Notes under the pieces: generated by a model
Told to the model about the DNA's origin: nothing
The model's database searches: none
What the model saw: the letters and a program-made list of their open reading frames with translations, nothing else
Virus record (IMG/VR): IMGVR_UViG_3300020508_000071
Span: 1 to 48,580 of that record
DNA: 48,580 bases
Source: a virus
Taxonomy: Duplodnaviria; Caudoviricetes
Direction: 5' to 3' (one strand)
Shown: in pieces, positions 1 to 8,565 of the stretch
Position numbering within the stretch: position 1 is the stretch's first letter
Layout of the letters: every line of letters starts with the position of its first letter
Made by a program: the position numbers and the translations under genes

Positions 1-115
1 GGGTGACGACATGGGTGACGACATGGGTGACGACATGGGTGACGACATGGGCGATGACATGGGCGATGACATGGGCGATGACATGGGTGATGACATGGGT
101 GACGACATGGGCGAT
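1..115 (+). repeat. 12-bp coding tandem repeat (GGGYGAYGACAT, about 9 copies)
   Basis: Directly visible; variation between copies is at third codon positions only. Confidence 0.95.
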
Positions 116-232
116 GTGAGCCCTGATATGGGGGACGAATCCATGGGAATGGACCCAAATATGATGGCAAATAGACCTGCTATGCAAGCTATGATGAAAG
201 CCTTTATGCGTCGTATGATGGGCAAGTGGTAA
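1..232 (+). CDS. 3' end of a protein with an acidic (GDDM)n low-complexity tract; probably 5'-truncated by the window edge
   Basis: The frame is open from the window start; GDDM repeats are followed by a unique basic tail ending in TAA at 232. Confidence 0.6.
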   Translation, partial: GDDMGDDMGDDMGDDMGDDMGDDMGDDMGDDMGDDMGDVSPDMGDESMGMDPNMMANRPAMQAMMKAFMRRMMGKW

Positions 233-462
233 TGAAAAGCGACCCACGTCAAGCAATTTCAGATATTGTTCATAGTGTGCGGGATGTATTTAAAAAATAC
301 GACCGCACTGCTAGAAAGAGAGCTTGGGATTCTCTGCAACGCGGAGAAGGAAAAAAGAACCTTGCGGGATTAATCGACAATCCAACTAAGCCAATTGTGG
401 GTGTTTACAAATGGCTTAGTTTTAAAGAGTGGATAGCAGAAAAAAACGAAGATATCACTTAG
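226..462 (+). CDS. small hypothetical phage protein with an LSFKEWIAE motif
   Basis: Overlaps the upstream stop; the motif is shared with other small ORFs in the window. Confidence 0.55.
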   Translation: MVMKSDPRQAISDIVHSVRDVFKKYDRTARKRAWDSLQRGEGKKNLAGLIDNPTKPIVGVYKWLSFKEWIAEKNEDIT

Positions 463-826
463 TTTTTTTACTTTCTTTCTTTTCAAACTCTTTGACTGTA
501 AACTTGCCAGTTTTATATCTTTCTTTAAGCTTTTCTACATTTTCTTGCATAACTTGCTCAATCGAAACATCGAGAGTGCTGCAAGTAAAAGCGACATACC
601 ACATCAAATCGCCAAGCTCTTTACGAAGTTCGTTTTTGGTTTCTTCATCAAGTTTTTTACCTTGATAAAGAATTTTTTTAATCAAGTCAGCAATTTCTCC
701 AGATTCGCCCGTCAACCCTAATCCACAAGTGCCAAGTTTGGCATTCATGTTCTTAGTTGATGCATTTGATGCCATAGACTGAACAAAATCAGTATATTGT
801 TGAAAAGTAAGTTTCTTTTTAGCCAT
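455..826 (-). CDS. MazG-like NTP pyrophosphohydrolase
   Basis: GLTGESGEIADLIKK...ELGDLMWY...ENVEKLKERY motifs; start moved to MAKKK (826), which has an upstream AAGGA. Confidence 0.88.
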   Translation of the reverse strand: MAKKKLTFQQYTDFVQSMASNASTKNMNAKLGTCGLGLTGESGEIADLIKKILYQGKKLDEETKNELRKELGDLMWYVAFTCSTLDVSIEQVMQENVEKLKERYKTGKFTVKEFEKKESKKTK

Positions 827-860
827 GCGTGAGTTCCTTTCGAAGATTTGTTTAAGAGGA

Positions 861-1331
861 TTATTTAGTAGAAAACATTGCATCAGCAGTGTTGTGTAAA
901 ATTTGTGTCAATTGAGTCGATAAATTAAACCTTTTGGAATTGATATCAATTGATTTTTTGATGCAACCATCAGCGTGTCGTTCACTAGCTGCTTTCCAAT
1001 CACAAATCATCTCAATAAGATCCAATAAGTTCATGTTGTTTACACCGTCAGGATGATATTCAGGATGATGTCTATTTTTAGAATAGTGGTTATCCAATGC
1101 AGGCTTCATGGCCTGCAAAAACCCCTTATATTCTTCGCTTCCATAAGTGGAGTTAGCTAACTTTGAAGTGTATTCACTGAATACTTCGACTTCAGGAGAC
1201 TCAAGCTTGCTTTGGTCGTGCAACTCCTGTCGATCTAGTAGTTCTTTGATACAAATATTTAAAATGTTTCGCACTCTTTCTATATGCTTGAAAGTGTGAA
1301 AGTTTGTAGCTTCTTGTTGTTGAGTCAACAT
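861..1331 (-). CDS. HD-type phage protein (DUF5662-like)
   Basis: HDQSKL, HYSKNRHHPEY and DLIEMICDWKAA motifs. Confidence 0.75.
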   Translation of the reverse strand: MLTQQQEATNFHTFKHIERVRNILNICIKELLDRQELHDQSKLESPEVEVFSEYTSKLANSTYGSEEYKGFLQAMKPALDNHYSKNRHHPEYHPDGVNNMNLLDLIEMICDWKAASERHADGCIKKSIDINSKRFNLSTQLTQILHNTADAMFSTK

Positions 1332-1342
1332 TTATTTTTCCT

Positions 1343-1870
1343 TTACTTAAATGCTAATTTTGGTTTGTTTATTAAATCATAAACCATCAAATAACCGTCT
1401 TCATTTGTATCTTCAAATTTTTGATGTAATAACTTCTTTGCAACAAATTTATTTTGCTTCAAAAACAGTTGTGCTTGTAAATTAGTTTCCCTCAAGGTTA
1501 TCTCGACGTAAGATCTTTTTGAGTTTAGCTTTTTAAGTATTCGCATCATCATTTCTGATCCCAATCCTAATCTTCGGCAGTTGGGATTGATTATGAATCT
1601 ACGCATTTTTAAATAGTGATATTTAAGATCGTAAATACAATAACCAGCAACAAAAGGCTCTTTTGTCTTTTCGTCAGGCAGTGTAATTACATACGAGCCT
1701 ATACTGTATGAAAGCAAGTAGGTAGAAAGCTTCTCTACATTCAAAGGCTTGGAGAAGCAAATAGACTCTAACTTGCTGACACTTTCCAAGTGTTTCTTTT
1801 GCATGTGACAAAACTCAAATCCTTGTTTTGAGTATGCCATCATAGAAAATCTATTTTTGTCTGCCATCAT
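1343..1870 (-). CDS. RimI-like GNAT acetyltransferase
   Basis: RRLGLGS acetyl-CoA binding motif, LRETNLQAQLF and the C-terminal EDGYLM. Confidence 0.8.
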   Translation of the reverse strand: MMADKNRFSMMAYSKQGFEFCHMQKKHLESVSKLESICFSKPLNVEKLSTYLLSYSIGSYVITLPDEKTKEPFVAGYCIYDLKYHYLKMRRFIINPNCRRLGLGSEMMMRILKKLNSKRSYVEITLRETNLQAQLFLKQNKFVAKKLLHQKFEDTNEDGYLMVYDLINKPKLAFK

Positions 1871-1895
1871 ATAAGCTTTCTAAGTTTTTTTAAAT

Positions 1896-3317
1896 TTAAC
1901 CGTGAGTAATCGGTTCAATTGTGTGTCTGAATTTTTGTTGTTTACCACCACGAGCAGGGCTTAAGAATCGAGAAAATCGCAAGTCGTGAATAATTGGCTC
2001 TACATCGTGTAAACGCAAACAATAAGCAACCAAACTACCGCATACACTGCCACGACCGGGACCAATCGCCTCTGATCCATCGCCAAAACCTAAAATTTCA
2101 GGACTTTTACGACGTGCCTCGTCAAGCATCAATTTCTGTATCAAGAAATAACTTGCAAAACCTTTTTCTTTGATTAGTTCATATTCTTCTTTTATACGCT
2201 TGATGTACACAGGGGACTTTGGACAATTTCTACGCTTAAAACCTTTTAATGTTTCCTCCCATAAAACATCATCAGCATTAGGCATTTTGGGCAATTTAAT
2301 TTCTCTATCAATTTGCACACCCTTGGCAAAATCGGCTATTTTAACAGTGTTTGATTTTGCTTGTTTGAAAAGCTCATAATCTATGCTTTTTTGAAACTTA
2401 TATTCCCACATGTGATTAAGTTCATCTTCGCTTTTGAGCCACAAATTAGTGTCTTGTAGTTCAAATGCATCATCAGCTTCGCCACTAGATATCTTAGCCT
2501 CAATTTCAGCTTCAGTGGTTTTGCTCTGTTGCATGAGCATGTATCTCTGATTTTGACTGTGCTCTTTTCGGCAGTAGTGGCAATCTTGTGTAAGAATTAA
2601 AGGTATGTGATATTTGGCGTGAGCACGTATCAAAAATTCGTCATATGGTTTTTGTTGCGACCAATCAAGCATCATCAATTCTAGATAAAAATGCTCACCA
2701 AACATGGCCATATATTTTTCGACCATTTCCATGCCAGCATCTTCATTATAAACAGGCTTATACTTTAGCTTGGTAGGGTCTTTTGTTCGTTCCTCATCAA
2801 TGACTTTGCTACCCATGAAAGCATTTCCAATTTCGCTATTTCCACAAGTTGATGTGAAAATGATGCCTTCTTTGTATTGCATAAGAACCTCATGATTGAC
2901 ACGAGGTCGCCTGTAATATCCATGAATCCAAGCCCAAGAGGTTAGTCGAACAAGATTTGAATATCCTAAATCATTATAGGCAATAGCCAGCAAGTGGTGA
3001 GATTTATCAAACTTTTTCTGAAGCGATTCATCTTCGAGATTTTTCCTGAATTCTGCTGACTCAGATCTACTATTAACTTTTGGTTGCATGGGATTTACAT
3101 ACAGTTCGCAACCAAACAATGGAAAAAGATTGTGTTTTTCAGATTCTGCTACTTGCTGTGGAATTGCACCCATAACGCCATGGTCTGTAATGCAAAGATA
3201 CTTCTGATTGATTTCTTTCTGGTATTTAGCATACTCAGAAACTCGTGCAAATCCATCTAGTAAACTAAAATCTGAATGCCTATGTAAATGCTCAAAACCA
3301 GTAATTGGGTGATACAT
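1896..3317 (-). CDS. dnaE: DNA polymerase III alpha subunit, N-terminal part only (PHP domain plus start of the polymerase core)
   Basis: HLHRHSDFSLLDG, ITDHG, GCELY, GPGRGSVCGSLVAY and RFSRFLSPAR motifs; ends at 473 aa, before the PDIDxD catalytic motif. Confidence 0.9.
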   Translation of the reverse strand: MYHPITGFEHLHRHSDFSLLDGFARVSEYAKYQKEINQKYLCITDHGVMGAIPQQVAESEKHNLFPLFGCELYVNPMQPKVNSRSESAEFRKNLEDESLQKKFDKSHHLLAIAYNDLGYSNLVRLTSWAWIHGYYRRPRVNHEVLMQYKEGIIFTSTCGNSEIGNAFMGSKVIDEERTKDPTKLKYKPVYNEDAGMEMVEKYMAMFGEHFYLELMMLDWSQQKPYDEFLIRAHAKYHIPLILTQDCHYCRKEHSQNQRYMLMQQSKTTEAEIEAKISSGEADDAFELQDTNLWLKSEDELNHMWEYKFQKSIDYELFKQAKSNTVKIADFAKGVQIDREIKLPKMPNADDVLWEETLKGFKRRNCPKSPVYIKRIKEEYELIKEKGFASYFLIQKLMLDEARRKSPEILGFGDGSEAIGPGRGSVCGSLVAYCLRLHDVEPIIHDLRFSRFLSPARGGKQQKFRHTIEPITHG

Positions 3318-3417
3318 TCTGTGTTTCTTTCGAACTTAAAAATCTTAAACTAATTCACAACACATTGTTGGAAACGAATACTATAACGTCAAGCCTTAAA
3401 TTTGATTTTTTGAAATC

Positions 3418-3867
3418 TTAAGCAACGCCAGCAAAATTAGATGCTTGGTTTGGTCCCGTTGGCACTGCATTGGGGTTGTTTTGCATATACTGCATGAATT
3501 TTTCATCTCCGGCGGCACTAGCCAAACCATTAGTATCTATTTCTTGCGGAGAATACTCATCGCTCACTTTAAGATCTTCCCATTTCTGCCTTAAACTTTT
3601 CCAGAGATTTTTGAATTTAGCAATTTTATCGCTTCCTGTTTTTGGAAGTTCATGATCAACTCTCTGTAACATGGCGTCTATAGCCAAAAGTTTATCGTTA
3701 CTATCTTTAGCATCAGTTTGAATCTCATTAGATCCAACTTGCGGTTGCAGACCAGTTCTACGAACCATATCTGAAGCCGGAGTTGATGTGCCTCTATTGG
3801 GAGGAAAAATTTCAGGGATTCTCCCATTCAAACTATTTTCTGATTCTATCCAAGTTTTAAATCTCAT
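3418..3867 (-). CDS. hypothetical protein, candidate virion-internal protein
   Basis: 149-aa ORF with N-terminus MRFKTWIESE. Confidence 0.6.
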   Translation of the reverse strand: MRFKTWIESENSLNGRIPEIFPPNRGTSTPASDMVRRTGLQPQVGSNEIQTDAKDSNDKLLAIDAMLQRVDHELPKTGSDKIAKFKNLWKSLRQKWEDLKVSDEYSPQEIDTNGLASAAGDEKFMQYMQNNPNAVPTGPNQASNFAGVA

Positions 3868-3898
3868 GTAACTATTTACATGTCAGAAACCAAATTTT

Positions 3899-4228
3899 TT
3901 ATTGATCAAAATCGTGTGATAATAATTCTTCTAATTTGAACAATTTGCCGCCAACGTTAATAGTAAGAAAATTTGTTGAGATAATTATTTTTTGTTTTTT
4001 GTCAAATAAACGATTTACTTGCTGTCTAAGAATGGATTTGCCGTCTTTTGAATAAACAATAAGTTCCTGTACATTTACAGAGGCATAAAACTCCCATTCC
4101 AATGATAGAGCCAATGCTTTTGAAGTGGTATAGTGCAAAACATCAATTTCATTTTTGCACAATAAATTCACATAAGCCCCACTGATGTAAGCACGAGCTT
4201 TTTTGATTTTATCTAACCAAGGATTCAT
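3899..4228 (-). CDS. hypothetical protein
   Basis: 109-aa ORF co-oriented with its neighbours. Confidence 0.55.
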   Translation of the reverse strand: MNPWLDKIKKARAYISGAYVNLLCKNEIDVLHYTTSKALALSLEWEFYASVNVQELIVYSKDGKSILRQQVNRLFDKKQKIIISTNFLTINVGGKLFKLEELLSHDFDQ

Positions 4229-4243
4229 TTTTCTCTCTTTCGA

Positions 4244-5845
4244 TTATTTAATGAATTCGTTTTCGTATTCTTCTCGTTTAAGAACATGAACATTTCTTTC
4301 AACTGAAGAGCCATCACAAACATAAAGATATTCTAAGCCGTATGCATTTTTTGTAGATAAGACTACTACGCTTTTCCATATTTTTTGAACTGAGATAATC
4401 GTTTCTCTTGCGTATCCATCATGCAGTGGTCTACCATCCCATTGATGTTCTAAATATAGCCAACCCTTTCCTTGGTGATTAGGGTCTAGCAACCTGATAT
4501 CTGGCAATCCGCCATTTAAGTATCTTTGCAACAACTTCTTCTTGATGCTTTTATGATCTTTGTTAAGAATTTTGTATTCGCCAGATGGCATGCGTTTCCA
4601 CTCAAAGAATTGCTTCTTTTCGCAAAATTCGGGTGTAAAAAATTCTTGGATCATTAAAAAGTCATTGTAATTTTTCCGAACCTCAAAAACTTTTTCCATA
4701 CCTAAACCAAGGTTCAAGTTCCATTCTGCTTTTTTCTTCATGTCTGGACAATTTTCATATTCAGATCCAAATCGACCTTTGTTCCAGCGATCCTCAATAT
4801 CTAAAAGCAGTTCGAATCCAAGTTTATAAGGATTTTGGCTATATTTGCCACCTAGAACTCGCATTTTATGTTCTGCATAATGCCAAATTCCAGCATCTTC
4901 CGTTTTCTGACCTAAAGACACTAGCCCCATTCGACATAAAATGTGGAAGTCAACAAAGCTGGCCCAACCTTCGTTGGTCATTTTGGTTGCACGCTGAGGG
5001 CTAAAATACATCGCCTCGTCATACAGCATCGAAATTATGTCTTGCTGCCAAGGCTTCAAAGGAGCATTATCTTTTAAAAATCCTAAAATGTCCTTGCAAG
5101 ATCCTCCAAATAAGTCTAAAAAACTTGCAGCATCCTGTCTCTTGATTTGTTCGTTTTGCTTATCGATGAACTGTTTGGGATTTACCCATTCGTCCATGTA
5201 ATTGTTTTGGGCTTTTAGTCTTTGAGGGTGATTGTATGTTCTGTCGTCTCGCACAACAGCTTCTTTGATTCTCTTTTTGTGCCAAGCTTTATTAGGATCT
5301 ATAAGAGTTTCAAGACGCAAACAATGATCAATAAATTCGGTAACTACCTCATTCCCCCAACGAGCCATATACTTGCGAATTCTAGTGCCGTGATTAGCTA
5401 ATTTATTCATCATATTTTCATCTGTTGGCTCAAAGAAAATATTATTTTTGAAAAAATCATTGTGACCAATAGCGTGAGCGATAACATCAACATTATCTAC
5501 AAGCGTGTTTGAGTCCATGCAGTAGATATAGCATGGATTTGTATTGATGACCATTTCTGAAATGCGATATTGATTATGCTCATACCCACGAGCCATTTCT
5601 TCGTATTCCATTCCAAATCGCCAGTGGGGATATCTGACAGGAAACCCTCCATAACTAGCTAGTTCGGCCATTTCGTCATATCGAACAAACTCAACAATGA
5701 TAGGATAATAATCTAATCCCATGGTCTTACAGGCACTTTCAATCTGAGGAAGAACCGCTCTAACCTCTTTATGAATTTTCAGTCCGGGGATCGTATTGTC
5801 GCCAACCAAAATAGGAGACCCACTCAACATTTTAGATTTCGTCAT
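4244..5845 (-). CDS. spoVR: SpoVR/YcgB family protein
   Basis: GFPVRYPHWRFG, EMVINTNPC, AHAIGHNDFFKNN, TKMTNEGWAS and NPYKLG motifs. Confidence 0.93.
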   Translation of the reverse strand: MTKSKMLSGSPILVGDNTIPGLKIHKEVRAVLPQIESACKTMGLDYYPIIVEFVRYDEMAELASYGGFPVRYPHWRFGMEYEEMARGYEHNQYRISEMVINTNPCYIYCMDSNTLVDNVDVIAHAIGHNDFFKNNIFFEPTDENMMNKLANHGTRIRKYMARWGNEVVTEFIDHCLRLETLIDPNKAWHKKRIKEAVVRDDRTYNHPQRLKAQNNYMDEWVNPKQFIDKQNEQIKRQDAASFLDLFGGSCKDILGFLKDNAPLKPWQQDIISMLYDEAMYFSPQRATKMTNEGWASFVDFHILCRMGLVSLGQKTEDAGIWHYAEHKMRVLGGKYSQNPYKLGFELLLDIEDRWNKGRFGSEYENCPDMKKKAEWNLNLGLGMEKVFEVRKNYNDFLMIQEFFTPEFCEKKQFFEWKRMPSGEYKILNKDHKSIKKKLLQRYLNGGLPDIRLLDPNHQGKGWLYLEHQWDGRPLHDGYARETIISVQKIWKSVVVLSTKNAYGLEYLYVCDGSSVERNVHVLKREEYENEFIK

Positions 5846-5907
5846 AATTAACCTCTATCGTGTTTATTTGAAACACAAAATTGACTCGCATAGAACTTAA
5901 AGATATC

Positions 5908-6918
5908 TTACACAATCTCAGATAAAGAAACAAGTCTTGCTCTGACTTCCATGATTGCTTTTGACCAATCTTTGTCTTCAGATTGTCGGAATAATTCCAT
6001 CGATGGATACCAACAAGTAGAAGTATCTGTGCCCCATCTTGGATCAGAATTATATGGCAATAAACCAAATGCTTTCTTATGAAGTGCTCCTGCAAGATGA
6101 AGCACAGCAGTATCGACAGATATTACGCAATCACATTGTTGAATGTACGCTGCGGTATCATACAGATCGCCTATTTGTAGAGGGCAAATCCAAATAGGGC
6201 TTGTAATGTTGGGTTGCAAGCAATACAAATTTACAGTTGGCAACGCAAAGGCATAAAACTCACTAACTGCTATGCTTTTTTCTTTGGACAATGGATTGTC
6301 TCCATTGGATTGCCACACTACACCTACTTTGAAGCGTCCATTTAATTCTTCCCCCTCAAAAGCACCTAAAATAGCTTGCGGAGGAATTTCAAAACGCATG
6401 TTTTCTTCAAAATGAACTGGATAATAAAAATCCTTGCTCAATCCGTTTAGAAGAGACGGAATGCTCATAATATTGGTAGAAAAATCACACACCACATGAA
6501 ATGGCGTAAATTGATCAATATAGTCCTGAGTAGCCATTAGTCTCTCAAACTGATTGAAAAATGCATAACAGTTTAAAACTATTTTGCAATCATATTTTTC
6601 TTTTAACTTTTGAACATATCTCAACAAATTGATTGTATCGCCCATGCCTTGATCGCAAAAAATCTCAATACTTTTTCCATCAAGATTTTCTCCTAACCAA
6701 ATCTTACCAAATTGATTGTCGAGATTTGGTGCAGGTTGATTAAAAGTTGTTAACTGAAGTTTGTCCATGCAACTTTTCAAAAGTGGGTGATCAGCATTTA
6801 TTTTTTGGACAGCAAGAAGTGCCTCCATACCTCTATTTGGTCGGCCTGTGCAAAAAAAATTATTTGCCATAGCCAAAGTTTGAACAATAAACTTTTCAAA
6901 TTCTGGATTGTCTGACAT
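5908..6918 (-). CDS. GT9 (heptosyltransferase-like) family protein
   Basis: W.GE.L.GK, DQGMGDTI, DTAAYI..CDCVISVDTAVLHLAGAL and WYPSMELFRQ motifs. Confidence 0.82.
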   Translation of the reverse strand: MSDNPEFEKFIVQTLAMANNFFCTGRPNRGMEALLAVQKINADHPLLKSCMDKLQLTTFNQPAPNLDNQFGKIWLGENLDGKSIEIFCDQGMGDTINLLRYVQKLKEKYDCKIVLNCYAFFNQFERLMATQDYIDQFTPFHVVCDFSTNIMSIPSLLNGLSKDFYYPVHFEENMRFEIPPQAILGAFEGEELNGRFKVGVVWQSNGDNPLSKEKSIAVSEFYAFALPTVNLYCLQPNITSPIWICPLQIGDLYDTAAYIQQCDCVISVDTAVLHLAGALHKKAFGLLPYNSDPRWGTDTSTCWYPSMELFRQSEDKDWSKAIMEVRARLVSLSEIV

Positions 6919-6925
6919 TTGAGTG

Positions 6926-8095
6926 CTAATTGCCTAACAGCTTTTTGATCCCGTTTATTATTTGGTCATTGCGATCATTCTCTGGCATAATACCGCCCAA
7001 TGCTGATCCGATATTAACAGTTCGAACGTGTTCTTTGTTTAATTGACCAGCGATTAATTTGTCATCAATGTACTGCTTAACGCTATGCTCTGGTGAATAT
7101 GCACAAATTTGTGCAATCCCCACAGAATTAACAACGCCTTCAGGGAATTTTTCTTGAACTAATTTTACAACACGCTCATTGTCTCCGTCCCAATTATCAC
7201 CATCAGTGAAGTAAAAGACGTAAATGTTAAATTTCTGAGGTGGGTAGCGATTTTCAAGTTGTTCAGCGATAGCCTCAAATGCTGAAGAGCATCGAGTCCC
7301 ACCGCCATATCGATACCTGTAAAATTGTTCTTCGTTAACTTCTTGGGCATTAGTATCATGAACAAAGTAGCATCGATCTACACGCTTATAGAATCTTCTA
7401 ATCCAGCAATCAATCCACCAAGCCATATCAGATACGATATCGCATCGATATGCGTCCATCGATCCAGAGCAATCCCGAGCGAAAAAGATCACAGCATTAG
7501 ATGCTGGAATCTTGATCTGTCGATATTGGCGATAACGAAAGTCTTGTTTGATTGGAGTAATTACCTTCATGGGCACACTGGCACCGGGAACCATTTGCAG
7601 CTTGTCTAACTTACGTGCCATCGCAAGTCTTTTCAAAGCTTCTTTCATGGTTCTGCGAGTGTGTCGCAAAGAATTCAGACCAACTTTGGAAATATCGTTA
7701 TACTTGATCTTAACTTCTTCAAATGTTTCGTTCGGCTTAGGCTTCATGAAAGGAAGCTTCAATTCTTCTTCCATGAACTTCAGGACATCTTCCATATCGA
7801 TTTGTATTTGGATGCCCTCACCCGATTGATCTCCAGCCTTATTGCCCTTCCCCGGCTTAGGGTCCCGGCCAATGATATCACCTTCCTTCCCCGGACCTCT
7901 ACCAATGCCTTCACCTGTATCACCATGTACAAAGTGTGGAATGTCAATTTGAGGAATGGAGATCGTTACTTTCCCGCCTTTTGGGCGTTGCCGAACAATT
8001 GATCCCGATTTAATTAAACGCTTGAGTTCTTGCCTTGTACGACCAGAAACAACGTCTCTAAATTTTTTATGATCTTCTTGGATTCGCTTAGGCAT
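6926..8095 (-). CDS. yeaH: YeaH/YhbH (DUF444) vWA-type protein
   Basis: Gly-rich linker, DFRYR, MIDAS-like DCSGSM, GGTRCSSA and FYFTDGDNW motifs. Confidence 0.9.
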   Translation of the reverse strand: MPKRIQEDHKKFRDVVSGRTRQELKRLIKSGSIVRQRPKGGKVTISIPQIDIPHFVHGDTGEGIGRGPGKEGDIIGRDPKPGKGNKAGDQSGEGIQIQIDMEDVLKFMEEELKLPFMKPKPNETFEEVKIKYNDISKVGLNSLRHTRRTMKEALKRLAMARKLDKLQMVPGASVPMKVITPIKQDFRYRQYRQIKIPASNAVIFFARDCSGSMDAYRCDIVSDMAWWIDCWIRRFYKRVDRCYFVHDTNAQEVNEEQFYRYRYGGGTRCSSAFEAIAEQLENRYPPQKFNIYVFYFTDGDNWDGDNERVVKLVQEKFPEGVVNSVGIAQICAYSPEHSVKQYIDDKLIAGQLNKEHVRTVNIGSALGGIMPENDRNDQIINGIKKLLGN

Positions 8096-8100
8096 TTAGC

Positions 8101-8129
8101 ACCTTATTTTTCGTGATGTTTTGCGTCAA
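8101..8129 (-). promoter_or_regulatory. possible sigma70-type promoter
   Basis: TTGACG-N17-TAAGGT ending 5 nt before the ATG at 8095; the hexamer could instead act as an SD. Confidence 0.4.
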
Positions 8130-8178
8130 TTCATGACATAAGATTTGTTATCAGTGTATTTGTAGAAAAACACATCGA

Positions 8179-8502
8179 TCAAACCGAAAAGTTCTTAATT
8201 TTGATCAACTTAGGATCTGTGCCCACTAGCAATAATTCATTCAATGGGAACAAAATGTCTGTCTGAGTTTTTGCCGCAGATTTGCCAATTTCCAATAAGA
8301 CAAGTGTATCTGGTCCGGCTACAACGTAATCAAATTGAAATTGACCCAATGTGCTAGTAAGCGTTGTACTTTTTTCTCTGAGCGTTTGGCCTTGGGCGAT
8401 TTCGAAATCAAAATCTACTACCGTAGAGACTTCTCTGATTTCTTTGAATTTTTGATGTTTAGCCATCAAATCTTCGTACTTTTTGACTTCAGATGTTTCC
8501 AT
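8179..8502 (-). CDS. hypothetical protein
   Basis: 107-aa ORF between prkA and yeaH. Confidence 0.6.
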   Translation of the reverse strand: METSEVKKYEDLMAKHQKFKEIREVSTVVDFDFEIAQGQTLREKSTTLTSTLGQFQFDYVVAGPDTLVLLEIGKSAAKTQTDILFPLNELLLVGTDPKLIKIKNFSV

Positions 8503-8517
8503 AATAACTTTCCATTC

Positions 8518-8545
8518 AGTGGCTCAGCCCAATTACTGAGCCACT
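8518..8545. other. 10-bp stem hairpin downstream of prkA
   Basis: AGTGGCTCAG-N8-CTGAGCCACT; no U-tract on the - strand. Confidence 0.6.
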
Positions 8546-8565
8546 AATTACAACTCTTATCTCAC

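Noticed and set aside
3370-3376. GGAAACG match to the sequence following the terminal repeat, upstream of dnaE
   Set aside because: Only 7 nt and lacks a TTN PAM; expected by chance.
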